The position numbers were made by a program, and so were the translations under genes. A stretch of 59,773 nucleotides of DNA, filler included, from Streblomastix strix (Eukaryota): assembly GCA_008636045.1 (NCBI GenBank). It is 3 parts of 3 records of this genome, joined end to end, with 100 filler letters (N's around TTAATTAATTAA, not from the genome) between each part and the next. Parts side by side here need not be neighbours in the genome. Positions count along the whole stretch, not along the records: positions 39,919 to 59,773 come from SNRW01000480.1; 2 more parts are not named here. One strand, written 5' to 3'. The notes beneath the pieces are model-generated. The model did not search any database, had not been told where the DNA came from, and was given only the letters and a program-made list of their open reading frames with translations. Shown piece by piece: positions 54,543 through 59,773 of the stretch (position 1 is its first letter; each line of letters opens with the position of its first letter).

Positions 54543-55532
54543 TGCACATGTGATCATATCAGATATAAAACAAATCGTAGCGACGTCGAATAATTTATTA
54601 AATTTGAAGAGCTTATTATTGAAAAGAACTATCTAGCTGTTAATGTTCTATTAGTTCCATTATCATTTGTTGATGATGTTCATATAATGTAAATTGAAGG
54701 TTATAGATTCATATTTAACACTACAACATATCTTGATTCGTTACTATTTGAAGGTAGAATTGCTGATGTCAGTTTTAGTTTGTATGGATTTGAGTTCCAT
54801 CCAGTGAGTGACAATGAAAGTATGGAGATTATAACTGGTGTTCTTAATTATAATCGGAATAATAGTTCAAATAGTACTAATTATCATATATAATCATCAA
54901 ATGAAGTAATCCAAACACATATTATACCAGAGAAAATATATTGGGAAAGCGATTCAACAATCATCTTTGACCTTCCAAAACAAATGTTTATCAATTTATC
55001 TAGTGGTTTATGGGAACTTAGACTTCTCTATGGACATAGTGGATACACTCCATGGGTAACTATATTCAATAACACATATTCAACAACTGATACAAAAAAT
55101 AAGAAAGATACTGTTTTAATTATTAGTATAATATTTTCAGTTATTGGATTGTTAGCAATATTCTATCTCGCAATATTCCTGTATTTCTACTGTTTTAAGT
55201 AGAAATATATAAATATTTAAACATCTAAAGAAACAATCTAACTTGAACACAGCAGATCTTTGATAATGGCTCCATATAATAGTGGAGATAACTTGGCGAA
55301 GTTGGTTAAAGAGGTTAAAGATGATAATAACGATGATGCATTTAGTAATAAAAATCAAATTAATGTATAAGTTAAAGATGAAAGCAGAAGTCCATTAACC
55401 CCTGCGTATAAGAATGGGAACTAAAATTCTCGTGTTTCTTCACTTTAGAGTTTAATAACAGTTAAATCACCAACAATGATTCCTTCAGCCAGTTTTAAAC
55501 ACCTTGAAAAATTCATACCACCAGGATCATGA
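54543..55532 (+). CDS. Single-pass membrane protein, 5' truncated; coding-like sequence continues past the TGA to ~56200
   Basis: Open frame ...WELRLLYGHSGYTPW...KKD-TVLIISIIFSVIGLLAIFYLAIFLYFYCF-KQK. In-frame TGA at 55530-55532. Confidence 0.65.
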
Positions 55533-56476
55533 AGATTTGGATCATTAAGAGGTGCTAATAAAGTAATGGTTGTATAACAAGAAGGCAAAACATAGAATTT
55601 ATATTCTGCCAGTAATGAAAACTTACAGTAATTATAATAACAATAAATAGAATAGAATAATACAAAAAAAAGGACATAAGAAAACGAATAAGTCTTTCTA
55701 AGAAATAGATGAACTATTATTTAATGATCCAATTGATGATGATCTTTCACCATTGAAGAACGAATTCATTACTTACTTAAAATAACCCAAATCACAATCA
55801 CAATAATCTCTGGTACATACTTCTGACAAGAATAATTTAGAAGATCACTAATATTTTGTGACAACATAGGAAAAATCAGATGAATAAAGTAATGAATAAA
55901 ATATCTCCTTTTTTAAAGAATAATAAAACTATCAAGATAATTCTTCTAAAATCCTAATCATATCATACAAACACAAATAATTTCTCCAATTGAGAATAAA
56001 TTAGAAAAATAAAAAAATAGAAGAAGTAATAGAAAAGAAAGAAGAATATGGAGATTATTAATAATATCTAAATGATCAAAAATAATATGAAAAACAATAA
56101 AAAGATTAGTCTGATGATTAATTGAAATTGAAAGAATAGAATGAAAAAGAGATTGAAAAAAACGAAAACAATTCGTCGGAGTTGAGATTTGATGATGAAT
56201 GAAAAGATAATAAAGATGACAATAAAAAAGGAAATAGGAAAATAGTTTTATTTTAAAAGAGTTCATTTTATTTGTTATATTTATTAATTAGTAACTCATA
56301 TTCTTTGTTTTTTTATTTAAAACACCCCAATAAATAAATAATTTTATTAAATTGATAATGATAATTTATTTATTTGTCAAGATTTAATTGGTAGTAATAA
56401 TTTATGAGCTCATATTAAGTAAAATTAGAATTCATTGATTAACACTCTGAAGATATCCACAGATGAATTTAAATCA

Positions 56477-58881
56477 TCAATTCTTCCATTTCTGGCCAAA
56501 AACAAACGATCTCGAACCTCTTCCGTGTTTGGCAGTTGGAGCAGAAAGACGTTTGAGTTTGGATATTTGGTACGAGTCTCCTTTTGTCTGAAGAAATGCC
56601 TTTATTAAATAAATTAATAGTAGATACAGATAGAATATGTAATAGGAAGAACAATAGTTGAATACAAATATAATAAAATAGTGAAAAAGAAGAATAAATA
56701 AAGAATAAAATAAATTAATAATAGAATAAATTAATAAGAATTAAAATTAATATAAATTAACATAAATTAATATACCCAGAATCTGACAGATGGAGAAATG
56801 CTTATTACATAATTTGGTTATTCCATATCGTTAATAAAGAACGTTAAACTGTTCGGCTTGGAATCCATATTCAGCTGTAATTAAATAAGTAAAACAAATG
56901 AATATTATAATTTATAACTAATGTTTGCATTTTATTAAAATATATAATCATATATTATTTAATAATCATCTTTCAAATCATTGCTTTTTCAATCATATCG
57001 CATTTATCAGACAAACCTCCATTGCTATACGATCTCCTGTTTTGAACTTTGCATTTCCTTGAATCCAGTCTGAGTCAGTATGTTGAATAAAACCGCTAAG
57101 TTGATAATTAATCAATATAATGAATTGATGAAATATATTAAATACAAATAAATAAATAATAATAAATGATTGAATGCAAAAATTAAATAAATTACAATAA
57201 AATTAATTAAACATACACAAAATTATAGCAAACAACATCTCCCATATCTGAGATGAATGAAATATGAATAAAAAAACAAAAATAATGTAAATATTTTTAA
57301 AAATTCAATTTAATAATCGCAATTGAAATATACATGTATCTACAGGCCATTAATTTCGTCCATAGTATATTTGATCTTCAGAAATTCCTACAGCTGTTTA
57401 TATTATATAAAATATTAATTACAATAAAATAATAATAATATTTAACATTCATGATTATAATAATAACTCAAATAAAATCCAAATAAATAACAATACTTTT
57501 CAAGTCTTTGATATTGAGAAATTCGCATTTCACAATTCCTTTACTTACTGGAGGATCAATCTGAATAGTTGATGCATTTTTCAATGAGATATTTGTGAAC
57601 ACCCAACCTTTATCTACTTTAATATCGTCCATTGATGTGAGAAGTAGTGAGAAGTTGTCATCAATATCATCTAAATATGGAGAAAGATAGTTTATATGAT
57701 ATGCGAAATGTGTATTTATGTGTTGGGAGTGAATTATTAATGTATTATAATAAGAAAGAAATAAAAATCTTATATTGATATTATTTATTCCTCATACCCA
57801 ATATTTTAGACTTTGAAGCAGGCTACTTAGATTTGGCTGTAGGTTTTTTATCTAATTATTATGAAAAAATTATATAACAGGTAAAGTTATTATTAAATAA
57901 ACTAATAAAAATCATTTCATAATTATTATTAATGATTAGAAATTATAAGAATTAATACAAATAATAAACAAAATTATCCAATAAACCTTCATTTTCTTCA
58001 CTTTCTTCTTCATCATCATCATCTTCTTCATTCAATTCTTTTCCTTTGGTCGATTTTTCACTTTTTTTCTTATTCTTCTTCCTCAGACGCTTCTTCTAAT
58101 TGGCTGTCTGAATAATTTAGAGGTTGATTATTAAGTAAAATTGGAAGAAATAAATAAAATAAAATAAATATATATACAAAATTATTATTAAAATATGTAA
58201 GTAATTATGAATATATAATATTTATTTTAATATGTACAAACCAGCTTCGAATTTGCAGGTTGACCAACTGCTCCGTTTCGATCTGGGCGTTTTCCTTCGT
58301 TGTTCAGTTCAGCAAATTTCCCATCTCCAAGATACTCATATTTATAATGATTAGGAATTCCTGTCATTGGCAATTCTGAATTAAAGAAAATAATAAATAA
58401 TAATAATTAAGTTAATATATATACCTTTATCAGGCTTTTCCTCCAATTCTTTGGCAGTTTAATCTTTTTATTATTATGGAACTGTTTGCTTAATTTCATT
58501 TTTAGGAATATTCTCCACCTTTTTTGTAGATTTAACAGAAGAATCTGAAGTTTTTGAGGGTTTTATATCTTTTTCAGAATTTTTATCTATTTCTTTTGTC
58601 GATTGAATTGGTGATTATGATATTTAAGGTAGCAATTCTTTATTATTTGAGTTTGCGATCACAACATCTCTAATTTACAACAATTTGTATAAGATCTTGC
58701 ACTGCTTTTTATGCGAATTCCAATCCTACGCTTGGTGTTCACGAGAGCTGTGGAATAGGAATCAAAAATTAAATTTGTTTGAATTAATAAAGAATAATAA
58801 CCAATAAGCTACAGTTTTGCATTTTGCGCATCGTTAGGTGCTTTCCTGGCCACATACCGCACAAAAATTATTTAAATCCAT
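56477..58881 (-). CDS. MYND zinc finger + C-terminal SPRY/B30.2-like domain protein, multi-exon
   Basis: CAVCGQESTQRCAKCKTVAYCSREHQAQDWNSHKKQC after splicing. C-terminal IDPPVSKGIVKCEF, VGI, GNAKFKTGDRIAME, NMDSKPNSLTFFINDMEQP, SVRFW. TGA at 56479-56477. Confidence 0.85.
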
Positions 58882-59521
58882 CTATTTTCAATAAATCGAC
58901 TGTAAGAAAATATAAATAAAATATAAATAATAAATATTGTAAATAAAAAAGAAACTATAATTATTTAATAATAAAATATGATAAATTTATAAGTATTGTT
59001 CTGAATAAACTCAAATAAAATATTTTTATCTCAATTTTATTTATCATATAAATATTCAAGAATATTTTATTTTCAACTAATAAATGAATACAAATGCTGA
59101 TCTGTATATTTAAACACATATTTAATCCATGATTTGGTCAATAATTTCGATTTTATTTGAATTATTTTTTTTTAAGAAAAACATCATCTGTAAGAAATAA
59201 AATAAAATTCATTCAATTTGAAAAATATAGTTTATTGGCATAAATTTGAAGATATATATAAAATAATAATGTTACGTATTCAATAACATAAATAATAAAA
59301 GAACATAAAATAAAATATCTCGCAAATAAATTTTAAATCCCTTAGATTAAAGATTTACCAATAAAATTTAATATTATTTTCATAGAAAATATCTTATTCT
59401 TTAAGAAATAAGCTAAAAAAAGATATAATATTAAATAAATGTGTTTGAAAACCTCAAATAAAGACAATAATAATAAAAAATTAATAAATAATAATAATAA
59501 ATAAATAAATGATTTCGATAA

Positions 59522-59773
59522 TCATTTTTTCAATCCGCTTTTCATCAGCGCTGCCATATCAGCTGTATTGAACAAATATTTAGCTCGTTTGTCCTTGATT
59601 TTATTCACTTATTAATCTGGGTTGATATTTGGAATGCTTTCACTGAACCATGGATGTTTCAACGCTTATTCTGCTGTAAGACGTTTCTATGGATCGACAA
59701 TAAGCAAATGAGAGATTAGATCTTTTGCATTTGAGCTGATCGTGTCCCAAACACTGGAATCAAACTCGAATGA
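59522..59773 (-). CDS. CAMK-group Ser/Thr kinase, C-terminal end (5' partial)
   Basis: FEFDSSVWDTISSNAKDLISHLLIVDPQKRLTAEQALKHPW...KK-TGA. Confidence 0.88.

Noticed and set aside
22045..55532. In-frame TGA as Trp or selenocysteine recoding
   Set aside because: The TGAs fall at Gly, Trp and other positions, mostly in sequences with further lesions. Intact genes terminate at TGA and no convincing SECIS was seen.
63..56654. Supplied short ORFs as independent genes
   Set aside because: They were computed with TAA/TAG as stops. Most are fragments of larger spliced genes or antisense shadows of low-complexity coding DNA.

Overview
Very AT-rich, intron-rich eukaryotic DNA read with the non-standard nuclear code TAA/TAG = Gln and TGA as the only stop. 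The supplied standard-code ORF track is therefore mostly fragments or shadow ORFs. The code, short GT-AG introns, DIRS elements and gene-family style point to an oxymonad such as Streblomastix strix (inference). The window is three probably unrelated ~19.86 kb scaffolds joined by N-TTAATTAATTAA-N linkers at 19860-19959 and 39819-39918. Scaffold 1: end of a D5-like SF3 helicase ORF, several inverted-repeat elements, a decayed Tc1/mariner transposase, a CFAP97-like + 2xC2 gene, an MCRS1-like gene, a NEK-like pseudokinase bracketed by a ~400 bp inverted duplication of its own 3' end, and an unknown gene. Scaffold 2: a decaying kinase gene and a CUE-like/coiled-coil gene sharing an unnamed domain, a phased 21-bp array, degenerate ORFs and a DIRS tyrosine recombinase. 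Scaffold 3: a fold-back, a hAT remnant, an unknown gene, a DIRS RT remnant, a possible Polinton-like remnant, a single-pass membrane protein, a MYND + SPRY-like gene and the 3' end of a CAMK-group kinase. I cannot demonstrate a new multi-gene system. All family calls are by eye, without database searches.
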